DNA from: Leucoraja ocellata
Lineage: Eukaryota
Reading direction: 5' to 3'
NCBI GenBank assembly: GCA_036785375.1
Contig: JAWMAR010000143.1
Location: forward strand, 3,534,001 to 3,598,000
Length of the DNA stretch: 64,000 nucleotides
In this document: positions 38,211 to 52,451 of the stretch, in pieces
How positions within the stretch are numbered: position 1 is the stretch's first letter
Layout of the letters: each line of letters starts with the position of its first letter
Translations under genes and position numbers: made by a program
The notes under the pieces: model-generated
Told to the model about the DNA's origin: nothing
What the model saw: only the letters and a program-made list of their open reading frames with translations
The model's database searches: none

Positions 38211-39264
38211 CAGTATTTTAATCAGTATTTTAAAATTTCCTTCAAAAACCTAAATGTTTCTTGAACAAGTAACGGTAGGGACGAAAATGATATCTAATGA
38301 CATTGAATATACTTTCCCAAAAAATGGTTCATTTTTGCTTAGCTGAATACCAGCACTTCAAATAATTATAAATTCTCAATATCAGGAAAAAAAAGTTATG
38401 TAATAGCTAATCTTGTGAAAATATAAATACAATGAATCTACTAACAAACTGCAAGATCTTTATAGAATCCCTGCATGCTTTGTCATGTTTACTTTTTGAT
38501 GTCCCTCAACAATGATGGTATGTCTAGTGTTCTACTGCTATGTGTTGTGATAGGAGCTCATTCTTTCATAACAAGAATCTGTAGAATATGATTATTGAAG
38601 TGATGTGGGTAGAATGAAAGTAATATTTATAGTTGACCATTGTCCCTTGTGGTTAAAATAATAAATACTACAGAGGCCTACTCCGTGGGTTTTGGTGTTT
38701 CACAGTGGTTAACTTGAGAGTAGGCCATTAAAATAACTCAGACATTTTCAGAAATGGCAGTAAACCAAACCATAAAATGTATTGTGTTATTTTCAAATGT
38801 TGTTTCTTTTTGGTTCCAAATAAGATGTCAGCTTAAAAGCTGCATCTTATTTTATCGTTAACAAAACTAGGTTTCCAAAGACAACACTTCATCCAAAACA
38901 TTTGTAGCATTTGTGCGAATTGAGCCCTTGGAGTGATTGTTTTGGAAGATTTGGGCTATTTCTAATTTAACGCTGTTAAAATGGATGAACGTTGCTGCAG
39001 GATGTATCTGGTGTGGCTGCTATCATTGTCCATAACAGTAGTGGCTCTTACATTTTGAATACTTCAAGAAAGATTTTGAACATCTATACAATTCTCATGA
39101 AAGAAAATCCCTCATAAAGGGTATGTTTGCTGTTTGTTACACAGGTGAACAAATGAGGAAAGTTTTCCCACACAGTATTAGTTTGTAAACCGTTTCAAAA
39201 CATAAAACTGGACCATTTATCCACAGTTATCGAGGAATGGAGATGTAGGGAGAATAAAATGAGA

Positions 39265-39350
39265 CAAATGTAGGATTAGTGTAGGTGGATGGGTGATGGC
39301 TGCCATGGACACAATGGGCTGAAGGGCTTATATCTCTCCATGACTCTATG
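39265..39350 (+). mobile_element. SINE/LINE 3' tail remnant
   Basis: ATGGACACAATGGGCTGAAGGGC...ATGACTCTATG, the shared CR1/SINE tail. Confidence 0.5.
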
Positions 39351-41129
39351 GAAATGCCTTATCAAATATAATAAATTGGTTGTTCCACAGAATAAACCAG
39401 GAATTTTGACTGATACATTTTTTATTCATTCCTTCGATTCATGTCATTTTTTTTTCATTTCACCCACGCAAACTACCCTGTAGTAGTAAAACGACAGACC
39501 AAGACATTAGAAAATAATTCCATTTAATGCCTTCCCAGATACTACAAGGATATATTTTTACGCAATTCCTTGTCTGGTTTAGTATATAACGGAATCTTAG
39601 TTATAGATCAGGACTAATTTGATCTTTTTCAAAAAGTTGCATTGTTTAATATAATATGTAGATACATCGTCAATACTAAATATCAAAACTTAATTTGTTC
39701 ATATGTATTGGAAATAAATGCTCTTACCATTTAGCTTCATTATAAATTAACAAAAGTATATTTGTTTATTTCAAACTGATACAGCTGTTTACTCTACAAA
39801 AGTTACTATTTCAAGATTATTATATGGACATATTTCAATTTTTTTTCCTCTATTAAAAACTGCATACATTTTAATTTCTCTTAATAAAAATATAAAAATA
39901 GTATTATCTTAAATATTATGCTGTATATAGATAAAGCTGTGGGTATGTTCCCTTCCCAGTTATAGTTGAAAGAGCCATAACATAAGAGCTTGTTTAAATT
40001 GACAACAAATAGTGACCCATGTGAGAATATCTTCAGATAGGACAAATCATTTCCTCCTGCATGCTGACTAGTTTTGCATTTCCACTCCAACAATGCCTGG
40101 GAGCTAGTGGTTTTAATAACTGGATAATGTGCTGTTACTCTGTCCATTTAAATTCTCAATTAAATTTATGCAGTGTTGTTCCTGGACTGTCCTTTTATTG
40201 TTTCATTTTGTTGGTGACAAAGTGTGAAAACTTAATTATTTTAAAGACGATTGAACCCTCTGTTCCCCTCACCTGCAGCATATGAACCTTATTTCATTAA
40301 CACGGGTTGCTCTGTTCTGTATATTCTTTAAAACATAGAATGTTACAAAAAATAATAAAAGCATGGAGCACAGGTCAAAGAACTGCCACTCGTCGATAAT
40401 TTTCATGTAGGAGATTAATGAAATATGGAAAATTAATACATTTGTTCCCATTAAATCATATAAGAAAATATACCAGAGATTTCGATGAGATGTAGGAGAT
40501 TTGGCCGTTGGAAATGTGTTACATATATTAAATATCTGATTTTTGAAATATGTCCTAAATGTCCACATTCTCCAAAAAAGAAGTATTGCTCAGTAGTACC
40601 CATAACTTCAGAAGAAATTGAGGCCAATGTTGAATGTAACCGTTAGTTTTGCCGGTTATAAGGGAAGGATGTGAGATATCATTGTAAACACGGCTATGGT
40701 ATGGCTGAAAACACAATTAGTCAGGATGACCATTTACATTCTTCTCATAAACTTCGTTAGTTCCTCAGTAGACTGAAACGTTCCCTGATTCCCAAATGCT
40801 GATGGGAAATAAATGTTTATATTGTGCTGTTATTGAACTCCATATTTCATTTTCTGTTCAGCATGAGGTGAATTGTAGAATCATATCACCAAAGAAGGGG
40901 GGCATTTAGCCCAACAATACAAAAAATTACCGGTTACTTTAAATAGCCATAGTGGAATATGCATTCACCACATTTTCAGGCAATGTTTTCCAAAAGATAA
41001 TTATTTATTGCATTAAGAAAATATTTTTCTTCATGATGCCTTGAAACTTTTGCTGATAGCTTTAATTCATAGTCATCAGGCTCTACTACTGGGGAAAAAA
41101 TCTCTCTAATCTAAACTTCTATCAAATTC

Positions 41130-41600
41130 CCTCTGCATCTTCTTTTCCTGCAAGAAAACAACCTTAAATTCTGTAGTCTGGCCTCATAATTGAAAATCCT
41201 CTCTCCTGGAAAGATTCCAGTAAATCTTGTCTGTACTCTCCAGGGCCTTCAGAACCTTCCTAAAGTGCAGTGACCAGAATTGGGCACAATACTCTGGTTG
41301 TGGCCTAATGAGGATTTTTATAAAGGTTCAACAAAACCGTGTTGTTTTTGTAATTTATGCATGTGTTTACAAAGGCCAGGATAGCAGATGCTTCATTAAC
41401 TACGTTCTAAGCCTGTTCTGGCACTTTCAAAGATTTATACATATGTAGACTAGCCTTGGTGTCCTTGTGAAATCTATTACTATTCTTCTCATTGCTTGCC
41501 ATACTTCCAAGCTTTGTGTAATCATAAGTTTTGAAATTTTACCCGGCACATCCATGTCTACGTCAATAAAATGTATCAGCCACAGCATCTGCCCATGCAC
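41130..41600 (-). mobile_element. Old CR1-type LINE 3' ORF2 remnant
   Basis: GACCAGAATTGGGCACAATACTC..TGTGGCCTAA is the reverse complement of the VRPxLEYCxQFWS coding region. Confidence 0.6.
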
Positions 41601-43885
41601 TAATTTTGGGAGAGCCACTGACCATGGTCGATGGTAATGTAGGGAGAATAGGTTATCAGGGGAAAGGAATTGTGGTGATCAGGCATAGGCTCGATTGACT
41701 GAATTGGCTTTCGTCTATGTCATAGGGAAATATGACAAAATATAAGAATTAACTCTGTCATCCAATCAAAAAACCCGAAATAGTTTTTTTTCTCTTTCGT
41801 CAATACTGATTTTATCCCTTGACATACAGAGACTAATATTCCTGATAATAACCACTGAGCCAACACCTAAACTTCACATTTAAAAGAAAGATTGTAATTC
41901 ACGGACTAAAACCAACAATGAGAATGTTGTCCAAAAGATTTCTGATTTATCTTGCACAGTAGATTGATCTATTGTATCTATTATTCATTATAATTTAATA
42001 TTGCAGAAAATTGTGATTGCTGTTGCTAAACTGACATCAAACCCATTACTTTTGTAGTTGTTCGTTTTTGGCTTGATGAGAAAATGCATAAGGCCTGGCT
42101 CAGTAATTGATAGCAAGTAACTGTTTAGATGTTGTTCATTATTTTTGTGTTATCATAGCAGTTTGAGATTTGTCCAAATGCACAATAAATATTTAGACAA
42201 ATTAATATTTCAACAAGATATAAAGGCCATGTGCATTGGCAAGCTTGTTAAAGTGTGAAGTAGCACATATCTCCATAATTTTAATATAGAAGAATATTTT
42301 ATTTTTTATAATGAATACATCACTTGGAGAATGCCCCCCCAAAATAAGTAAAAGATTCAAGCATCATAAATTTGGTTGTACAGAAACATCACTGTATTAA
42401 GATTTAGATTAAAATGTGCTTAAAATGTCAATCAGTCAATGTTCAACATAAGAACATGATTGTTTCCCACGCATATTTACAAAGTTCATGTCTGCAAGGT
42501 GTTGTACTGGAACAGCATTTCAGACATTTCTTTAGTAAATGTGTTATTGATCCCTCACCTGGTGATCAGCTGAAGCCTTGCTTTCATCTGACTTGTCGAA
42601 CTATCTGGGAAGAACACGAAAGATGAACTTTTATTTAGCATTATTATAGCTAGATTTATATTGAAATACCAACATTTTTAGCCAGTTAGAGAAATCCCAA
42701 TTGGTTGGTTCCAAAGAAGAAGTGCTGACAGTTTATTTTTTGAGACATTGGGTTATCTTCATTAACCCCAAATGAGCAGCAGAGATATTTGTACAGTGTA
42801 TAGAAAGAAATCATCAGCCAGTGAAAGGTTAAGTAAACCCATGTGTACAGTACTGATTTAAATACAGTTGGAAATACTTGGCACTGGAAAGAATGTTCCC
42901 ATTGATTGGCATCGATTGAATGACTTCAAATCTACCCACAAGACGACTCTTTAGAACAGCTTTGGATTGTTTCTATGGTAACTGCTCTTATCCAAGCATT
43001 GACATTATCTTTGGGTCTGGAAGGGTAAAGAGAAAACAGATACCAATCAAGGGAAATCGGGTGGTGGTGGGTAGTCGTGGGGTGTGGGGAGGCAAAGAGC
43101 GGAAGGTTTTTGTTATTTATTCGTTACATGGAAACTAATTGTTCGACATTTGCTATTTTGAAAGAAAGATTCTTGGAGAGGGGAAAATGCATTATATAAT
43201 TTTTCATTAGTTGATGAAATTAGCCATTGAATTTTTTTGGGAATGATTAAGAATAAAGATAAATTTGCAGTAAAGTATAATGAACATTTTTTTTGCAAGA
43301 CCCTCATTGGTGGTGTGTGGAATATGGATCGCCAAGCAGCGATCGATCTTGGCAAAAAAGATAAAACATCTGTATCCTAGGTGTAAATATAAGATATTAA
43401 AAGTGAGTTGTTAAGAGTCTGAAGCTGCTCTGTAGTTATCCCAGTTCTTGTTGATTATATAATACATAATGGATACAAAAATTCAACAGTTGTATATACT
43501 CAATTCACATGCTGTACCCCAATTAATGTCTGAAAGAGGACCAAACATAATATTCAATTTACGCCATCACCTCTTCATTGCAGGATTCAGCTGTGCTTTT
43601 TGCTGGAAGTCAGAATTGGCTGTGTTGTCACATTCAGATATATTTTTATATATCCGATGAGAATCGCTGGCCAATTCAATATGCACAGTGTTTGATTGAC
43701 TGAAATGCTATTGGTGATTCTAAAATGCACATATCTGTCCATGGGGTATAATAAAATATCTGGATTTGATGGCATTGAATATCTGTAAAATATGTTCTTT
43801 AATGTAATTGGGCTTGGGATATATACCTCCTTAATTTTCTAAAATATATTTAGTCCATCCTTATTTAATGTCACCTATTGGAATA

Positions 43886-45500
43886 CAATGCCCTCCCTGA
43901 TCTTTGGGACAAAGACCCATCATTTATTTATTTGCCTCTGTGCTCCACAATTTGAGATTTGTAATAGAAAAAAAATCACATGTGGTTAAAATGCACTGCC
44001 AGATTTTATTAAAGGGTAATTTTATACATTTTGGTCTCACCATGTAGAAATTACAGCTGTGTTTATACCCAGTCCCACCATTTCAGGGCACCATAATGTT
44101 TGGGACACATGGCTTCACAGGCATTTGTAATTGTTCAGGTGTATTTAATTGCCTCCTTAATGCAGGTATAAGAGAGCTCTCAGCTCCCAGTCTTTCCTCC
44201 TTGCTGTGTATCGACATGAGGACCAAAGTTGTGCCAATGGAAGTCAAAGAAGGCATTATGAGACTGAGAAACAAGAATAAAACTGTTAGAGATATCAGCC
44301 AAACATTAGGTTTACCAAAATCAACTGTTTGGAACATCATTAAGAAGAAAGCAAGCACTGATGAGCTTACTAATCGCAAAGGGACTGGCAGACCAAGGAA
44401 TACCTCCACAGCTGATGACAGAAGAATTCTCTCTATAATTATGAAAAAACGCCTGTTCGACAGATCAGAAACCCTCTTCAGGAGTCAGGTGTCGATTTGT
44501 CAATGACCACTATCTGCAGAAGACTTCATGAACAGAAATACAGAGGCTACAATGCAAGGTGCAAACCACTGGTCAGCTGCAAAAAGAGGATGGCTGGATT
44601 ACAGTTTGTCAAGAAGTACTTAAAAGAGCAACCACAGTTCTGGAAAAAGTTCTTGTGGACAGATGAGATGAAGATTAACTTATATCCGAGTGATGGCATA
44701 AGCAAAGTATGGAGGAGAGAAGGAACTGCACAAGATCCAAAGCATACCACCTCATCTGTGAAACACGGTGGTTATATGACCTGGGGGTGTTATGGCCTGG
44801 GCATGTATGGCTGCTGAGGTGGTATGCTCAGTTGTATCATCAACCTTCATTGATGATACAACTGCAGATGGTAGTAGAATTCTGAAGTGTATAGACACAT
44901 CCTATCTGCTCGTTCAAACAAATGCCTCAAAACCCATTGGCCGGTGGTTCATTCTACAGCAAGACAATGATCCCTAACATACTGCTAAAGCATCAAAGGA
45001 GTTTTTCAAAGCTAAAAAATGATCAATTCTTGAGTGGCCATCAATCACCCGTTCTGAACCCAATTGAGCATGCCTTTAATATGCTGAAGAGGAATTTGAA
45101 GGGGACTAGCCCCCAAAACAAGCATATGCTAAAGATGGCTGCAATACAGGCCTGGCAGAGCATCAACAGAGAAGACACCCAGCAACTGGTTATGTCCATG
45201 AATCGCAGACTTCAAGCAGTCATTGCATGCAAAGGATGTGCAACAAAATACTAAACATGAATACTTTCATTTACATGACATTGCTGATTTCCAAACATTA
45301 TGGTGCTCTGAAATGGTGGGACTATGTATAAACACTGCTGTAAATTCTACATGGTGAAACCAAAATGTATAAAAATAATCTTTATTAAAATGTGCACTTT
45401 AACCACATGTGATTTTTTTCGATTACAAATCTTAAATTTGGAGTACAGAGGCAAACAAATAAATGATGGGCCTTTGTCCCAAACATTATGGAGGGCACTG
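43886..45500 (+). mobile_element. Full-length decayed Tc1-family DNA transposon with long IR/DR-type TIRs
   Basis: TA|CAATGCCCTCC...GGAGGGCACTG|TA; about 220-bp inverted repeats with internal direct repeats (ATAATGTTTGGGACA); 1615 bp. Confidence 0.95.
44216..45254 (+). pseudogene. Tc1 DD34E-type transposase, frameshifted, with stops
   Basis: Fragments in several frames: HTH (ISQTLGLPKSTVWNII), GRPR, LWTDEMKI, VKHGG, LQQDNDP, SPVLNPIEH, RRLQAVIACKGCATKY. Confidence 0.93.
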
Positions 45501-47011
45501 TATAATTAACTATAATGATTTTTATCTGTATCGTAGATTATAATGTGTCATGTGCATCTGGGATGAAATTTAAAACATTTTGGTTGTGATTTTGGGAAAT
45601 GTTCCTCACCATACTTACTAAACATTGCACATTAAAATTTTAAAAGTAGACCTGAAATGAAATGCATTTAAAGTTAAATCCTATTGTATCTAATTTAATT
45701 TGCAGTGCTTTTCAGGAAAAAAAGAAGAAGTGGGATTTGGATTCAAGTCATTGACAATTCTACTCCCTTGGCAAACTTCATTTTTATTTCTTCTGCGATA
45801 TCGAGGGTTATATTTCTCTTGCACGTTTCTGGGGGAGGCATTCATACAAGCCGAAGCAAGTTAAACCTTAATGGGTTGGGATTTTTTCCCCCATTTCTTA
45901 GCAGCTTCAGCTAACATCTGAGAATAGACTCTTTGTATTCAGATGCCTTCTAACAAGACGCTCATTGTCTTAAGCCTTTGCCAGGAGAACGCGAGCCACT
46001 GCACAGCCTTTATTGTGCAGACTTTGATTGTATTTGAACTTGATGAGGGCTGCATTTGAATTGTAGTCAGACAGTTCATCTGTAGTTTTGCATAGGCTGA
46101 GAACTAGCCAGAAATTGCCATGTTTGTCTAATTACCTCTTTAGATAAGATGAAGTGGCGGGGAAATTGCAGGGATGGGGTGGTGGGTGGAGGTTGTGGGG
46201 GTGAAGGTGCGTGTAATTGTTAATAGTTGGAAAGAAGATGATAGCGGGGAGGGAGACTTAATTGAAGTTTATCGTATGGTATAACAAACAATGTGACTGG
46301 ATTACTATGGGATCTTATTGACATATTCTGATCAGAACCTTGCATCAAAGAACAATGATGTGTAGCTGGAATGTGGAATACAGTACAGGGTATCTATTCT
46401 CCCTTAATTTATTCCTCGAGCGATTCTTCTACCACTCCCCCCACCCCATGCACTTAAAAATATTAAGACCACATTGAATAAGTATAGAAAACATTTTATG
46501 AAATTCTTTTAATTTAATGAATGCAAATTGATAACATGCATATATTGGAGCTTGGCTGGTTGCAGGGTGTGCTGTGAAGTCTTCGAATATTATTTTAATC
46601 TCTCTGTCATCCATGTACCCTAACATTTTGGCAAAATATCACCTCCTGTGACACCAGTTGATATCCCAAGAAGAGTCAGCGGCAATAGAAGTGCTGGTCC
46701 TTCTGATTCTTGTGTAGGACTCGGGGGCAGCGACATGACGGTCTGCATGAGGGACACAGAATGGTGGGGGAGATGAGATGAAGAGGGGAGATGGGTGATC
46801 AACTTACTAAGTTGCAGCAACAGTGTGTCATTCAGTTTTCATTAACTCCTTCATGCCTCTTGATGCGGGTAAAGTGTCTGTTTTGTTATTGTAAATTACC
46901 ATTATCACATGAATTTGGAACTGCAAAGGACAATGCATTTGGTTTTAAATATGAAAACTTAACTTGAATTGGCACTGTATTTTCAAATACAAATCGCTCC
47001 ATCAATAAGTG

Positions 47012-47078
47012 TTCGGTACGGACTTGTAGGGCCGAGATGGCCTGTTTCTGTGCTGTAATTGTTATATGTTATATGGTT
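47012..47078 (+). mobile_element. Short LINE/SINE 3' tail
   Basis: ACGGACTTGTAGGGCCGAGATGGCCTGTTTCTGTGCTGTAA plus (GTTATAT)n tail. Confidence 0.6.
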
Positions 47079-48559
47079 AATATGACTACCACTACCACAG
47101 ACATACTGACTATGCATTTTCTATTGCTGTTACTGAATTTGAGCGTAAATTGTCCACTTGCTTGATTTGATATGTAATAATGTTATCAGTTAAAGATGTG
47201 ACTGAGTATTCTACATTAAATAAATTACACTAAAATTTTACCTGCCATTTCATTGTCATAGTTCAATTTAAAATATAAGAAGGAATCATGAGGAAGGCTT
47301 AAAAATCTACATAAACAAAAATTAAGAATTGTGTTTTTATATATAGAATTAAAATATTTTTGAAGCTTGCATTGAAAGTTAATTTATCATTTTTTTATTG
47401 TTAAAAGCACACGTTATAGAAATCGAATAAAATCTTATTTTCTCAAATGACCATAATTTCATAAAAGAAAGGGAGATATCCTTAATTGTAAGCATTAGGA
47501 AAATGCCATACCTAGGTTTAAACCAAAGAATCAAGCTGAGGCTTTTAGCGGCTCCATCTGTTAAGACAGGAGCAACATTGATTGTGAGTTGCTTTTTAAC
47601 TTCTTGCAGTGAACGAAAACAGGATCATGATGCAGTCCGAATCCTGATTTGTTTAGCATTGTACGTGCCTAAAAAGCAGCACTTGGGCAGATGGAGCTGC
47701 TAAATGCCTTGTCCTTTGATTTAGAGTTGGGCAGATACTTCTACATGTACAGCTTGATGGTTGCAGTCAGAACAATCAATACACTGTAAAACACAATTAA
47801 CAGAAGAAATGTAAAAGAGCCTCTACTTGGTCGGTAATGCACAACACGCGGAGACTTGGACCTGAAAAGATGCCTTGGCATCCCACAATGCAACGCAGTG
47901 CCCGCAGCTGGTGGCATTTGGGAAGAGAGCATTGGTACATTGTGTTTCATGTACTCCAAAAGAATTCAAAATTAAGGATTGCTTTACGGATTTGCAAAAG
48001 GCTGAATGAGCAACACTCGAGTCCATTATTAGCATTAACTCTTTCTCACCTACTTTTATAGCGGTTAGGATTTATTCTTAAAATTGAGATTACCAGAAAT
48101 AATTTCACACATTGCCACGAGAATTTTCTGCATTATTAAAGATTTCCCATGAATTGAGTTTCTGAATGTACCCAAGGATATCTGAAAACATGTAATGTTT
48201 CACTGTTTGGAGAGCAAAAAAATAATTTTGGAGAAATTAAGTGACTGATTTGGCATTGACCCTCCTCCATTTATGCTACTTTCTGATTTAAGAGTACAAT
48301 AATAATAAGAGTTAGTAGCGAAATAGGCCCATCATGGCTGCTGCTTTATTTATTAAGACCACAGATGATCTTTCACCTCAAAGCCATGTTCCTACACTAA
48401 CCTCCAATTAGTTGATTTCATTAATAAATAAAACAGTATACATCTGCAGTTCCTTCCTACATACTCCCTTCATTAGTTCCTCAACATATTATTTCTCAAT
48501 ATTATAAGAGTACCATTTTCTATGCCATTTGATTATGTCCTCCACACCTTAATTGCTGA

Positions 48560-49000
48560 TTTAGTTTGTATGTTAAATCCACCTTGATAATGTTTTAACC
48601 CTTACTACATAGACTTTTAAAGTCTAGATTAATACTATGCCCATTATCACTAACCATCTATGTTTTGAAGCCTACACACAACTTCCACCAATATTTTCTA
48701 TCCATTGCTGTTTCTTTGCTCCATCTAAACTAATTTTACTCTGAGCTAAGATCCTTTTGCTCTGTTGCTTCTATCTTATTCTTTCATATTAGTGCTACCA
48801 CTCCTCCTTTTCCATTTTCTTTATATTTTCTAAATGTTAAGTGTCTTGAGAAATTTATGTCCTAACCTTGTTCAATTTATAACCAAGTTTCTGTGATGGG
48901 TTTTTAGATTTTATTGATTTATTTCCGTTTGTAACACTTATTCACCTATCTTAATGTGAATGCTGCATGAATTCAATTAAAGAGCTTTCTGTACAATTTG
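48560..49000 (-). mobile_element. Ancient CR1-type ORF2 N-terminal remnant
   Basis: Reverse complement resembles the endonuclease start (NARSI, ITETWL, GGGVALL-like). Very degenerate. Confidence 0.4.
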
Positions 49001-51289
49001 ATTCCCTGTTTTGACTCCAAATGGAGGTATATTCTTATGTTTGAATGCATTGTCATTTCTTGAGAGAATCGGTTTATTCATTTGCTACTTGCACATTGTT
49101 CTTTCTCTTTAAATTTCTCTATTTCCCCTTGCCTGAACTTACCCCACGTTAAATAATTGTGGATTGAAGGTCTGGAACTGAGATGTTTGTTTTTGATTGT
49201 GAAAGAGGGAACACAGATAGCATGGAAAAACTTTGAGAGAATAGGATGCTTCAAGCATATTAGTTTATTGATGATATAGATTGAAAGAAATAATGAGTTA
49301 ATATTCCTGAATTTGATACAGATGATTGAAGAGACATGTATGGCTATCAACAGGTGATTCCCTTCAAAACTGAAATAGTTATATGAAAGCACTAAGACAC
49401 CATGGAGAGGAGCTAGCATGTGTAGGTCTAAATGCTGGTGATAAAAAAATGACATGAGTATTATTTCATTATTTAAGAAATATTGGGATGCAACGGAATA
49501 CATTAACAATTAAACATGAATAACAAATGTGTCGCAAAGGAGTGGAAAGTAGAATAAAAAAAGAACGAAGACTTGAAATAGTTGAAAAACAATAGCTACA
49601 TGTAAATAGATGATTATCAAGTCATCCCATGAACTACAGAGAGAAGATAGTTGGTATGTGTAAAATTTGTAATTGTACAAAAATGTATTTGTTTAAAATA
49701 ATTTTCACCTCAAGTGAAATTAATTTGGAATCACCGTTTATAATGTCAGCAATTTTTGCTTTAATTACATGTTGGTAGCAATTTCTGGACCTGGTTTCCC
49801 CCCCCAATGCCAACTCAACTCCCGTCTCAGAATTGTGAGATTGCTTTTTAGACATTCAGGACAGGAGCAGAAATGTCTGAATGTGAAAATTGAAGTCAAT
49901 GCCTTTTGTCCCTGGCACAATTTCTATTGCCAGGTCACTGAATCTGCCTCTCTTCTTGGCTGCCTAATTGAAATCTTGATATTCTATTTGAATCTGACGT
50001 TCTATCACCATGTCTCTGCTATTACCAACACTTTCTACTTTAGTAACATCTTATTCTGCCTCTTTACAGTCCCATCTGCCTTTGTTATCATTACACAAAT
50101 ATTACAATTCCACTTCTAGTAAGCTTCCCATCTTACATGCTTCAAAACTCTTTCAAATCTCTTCAGTTTGTACCCTAACCTGCATGTTTTCATTCCTTTT
50201 CAACATTTTCAACGAACCCGTGCTCTCTAACTTGGCTCCTCAGAAAAACCATGTCTCAGTTATATCTGGATAAAGTCTGATACTTTTTCACCTTCCCCTC
50301 CCATTTTCTGTAAATAACCTACCCTTCTCCCACCTGTCCACTGGTCCTTTGATCTTTGCAAAACCTATGCTCCCCATTACAGCTAGTACCATATACTCAT
50401 ATTATATTAAAATAGTATTATTTACAGACTATTTACATACAATAAGCACTTGTATTTATTAATTAATTTATGGCTTCAATTTTGAATAATTATGATGTTA
50501 ACTGTACCAAATGCATGATCTTAAACTCTGACTTTATCAACTTAAATGAAACCAAATGTTGAGAGGGGAGAGCAGTAAATGGGCATGACAACAGTGCTTA
50601 TTTATCATGAGGCAAATTTTAATACATAGGCCAAAACATTTAAATGATTTATTTTTCTTTCAACACTCTGTATCTGAAAATCAAATGCCACCAATTCCGA
50701 GTTGAAATGCACCACTTCATGAATCCAGCAGGAGAATTCCAGTTGTGATGCACCCTTCACAACTGATGCAATTTCCGTTTCTATTGCAAATGGTACAATT
50801 CCATTTGAAATGCCCAACTACTTATAGGGCATTGTGGGTTAACAAAGATTAAGTTTTTCTCATTGCTGCATTTTCCCAGGACATTTGTATCTTCCTAAAT
50901 TGGGACGGCACTGAAATGTCCCTCACTTGCCTTTGATAATTCATACACTCTTGCCCTCATCCACTTTCTCCACCAGCCTCTAACACATACACACATAACC
51001 AATGATTGAACCCCATCTGTAATCTCCAAAACACAATTTTAGATTAATTGCCTGTGAAGGAGATTCCAAACCCTACCCTTCAATCCCAGAATCTGCTCAC
51101 TCCTCCCGAAAGCCTGTTCCACCCATTGTGTGACTTACCTAACATAGACCTGATGGCAAGTTAGTCTACAGTTGTTGCCGTTTATTTCCCTCTCAAAACT
51201 TCCTCTTCTGGTAATTGTCTCTAGTCCCAGATACCACATAGACTTCTGATCACTGGGACTGTTTCTGGAGATGGTGAAACCTGCACAAA

Positions 51290-51770
51290 CTCGATGGATT
51301 GAACCCAACCAGAACAGCTACAGCATCTTTGTGGGATGGGGTGGGGTTGAATTTGCTGGTTCTTTTGGCAGAAGAATAGAACACGGAATAGCACCACATT
51401 AGAGAGTGAGGAACGGCTAAATATAGAAGGAAACAAACTCAGTCCAGAAATCAAACCATACATTCACTTGATAAGGCACATGGAAGGAATGCAAGGCTGA
51501 ATTGCATCTATTTTAATGCAAGAAAGTCTGACAAGTAAAGCAAATGAATGGAGGGCGTTGATTTATACATTGGAATATGATATTCTTGCTATAATGGATA
51601 CTTGTTTGACAGTTCTATAGGACTGGCAACTCAAGATTCTCGGGTATTGAATTTACAAGTGTGATTGGAAAGGGAAATGTGAAAGAGCATGTAGCACTGT
51701 AACATAAATTAAGATACCCATTAGTGCAGTAGAGAAGGGGAATATCCCAAAAGATTCTTCAAACGAGGCC
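51290..51770 (+). mobile_element. Ancient CR1-type ORF1-end / ORF2-start remnant
   Basis: 51500-51600 reads CIYFNAR..LTSKANE..ALI..YDILAI, typical of the CR1 endonuclease N-terminus. Confidence 0.55.
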
Positions 51771-52319
51771 ATGCCTCCAAAATCCTGTTTCGTTCTGAGT
51801 AACGCTCAACCTCCCTCGTTTTACAAATCTATAAAACAGTATTACTTGTACTGTAAATATTGTAAATTGGATTTTGTAATTATTACATTTCAATTTTTTG
51901 AACTGTTAACTTGGAACTGTTTACTTTCATGCCTTTGAACGGTTTATTATTATAAATGTGATTAGTTCTTTCAGCAACAGATTTATGAAAACTGTACTCT
52001 AGGTGAAAATGGCTTTGCATGGTATGCAAGAGCTTCATTAAAGCTTTGCCTTATTAATCATTATTGAATGAAGCCTTGGGGTCCTTGGGATCCACATGTA
52101 AGAACGGAGAGGTTGAACATTTCATCCAAAAGCTGGGATCTCTACCAGTGATGAGTTGAAGTAGTAGCCTGTTTAATCCTCAGGAGTGGATCCTAACCAT
52201 TAGACATTTGTCATTGGTTGCATGTGCAAAACATATTGATTAGGTTTACCACATGTTAATTGCATATTGAATTCCACTCAAAATTTGATTCTTCTAAAGT
52301 CAGTAGAATACCCTCTTTG

Positions 52320-52451
52320 TAGAAACAAGAAACCGTAGATGTTGATTTACCAAGGAAAGACACAAAATGCTGGAGTAACTCAGCAGGTTAGGCAGCATCC
52401 CTGGAGAACATGGATAGATGACATTTCAGGTCTGGACCCTTCTTCAGACCC
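52320..52451 (-). mobile_element. Short Penelope-terminal-repeat element with 15-bp TSD
   Basis: AGAATACCCTCTTTG at 52305-52319 and 52452-52466 flanks the repeat. Confidence 0.85.

Noticed and set aside
45700-45800. Possible NFIA exon 3 (acceptor-like TTTGCAG, ATTCAAGTCA)
   Set aside because: The translation does not resemble the Ser/Pro-rich NFIA exon 3 and no matching donor was seen; exon 3 probably lies beyond the window.
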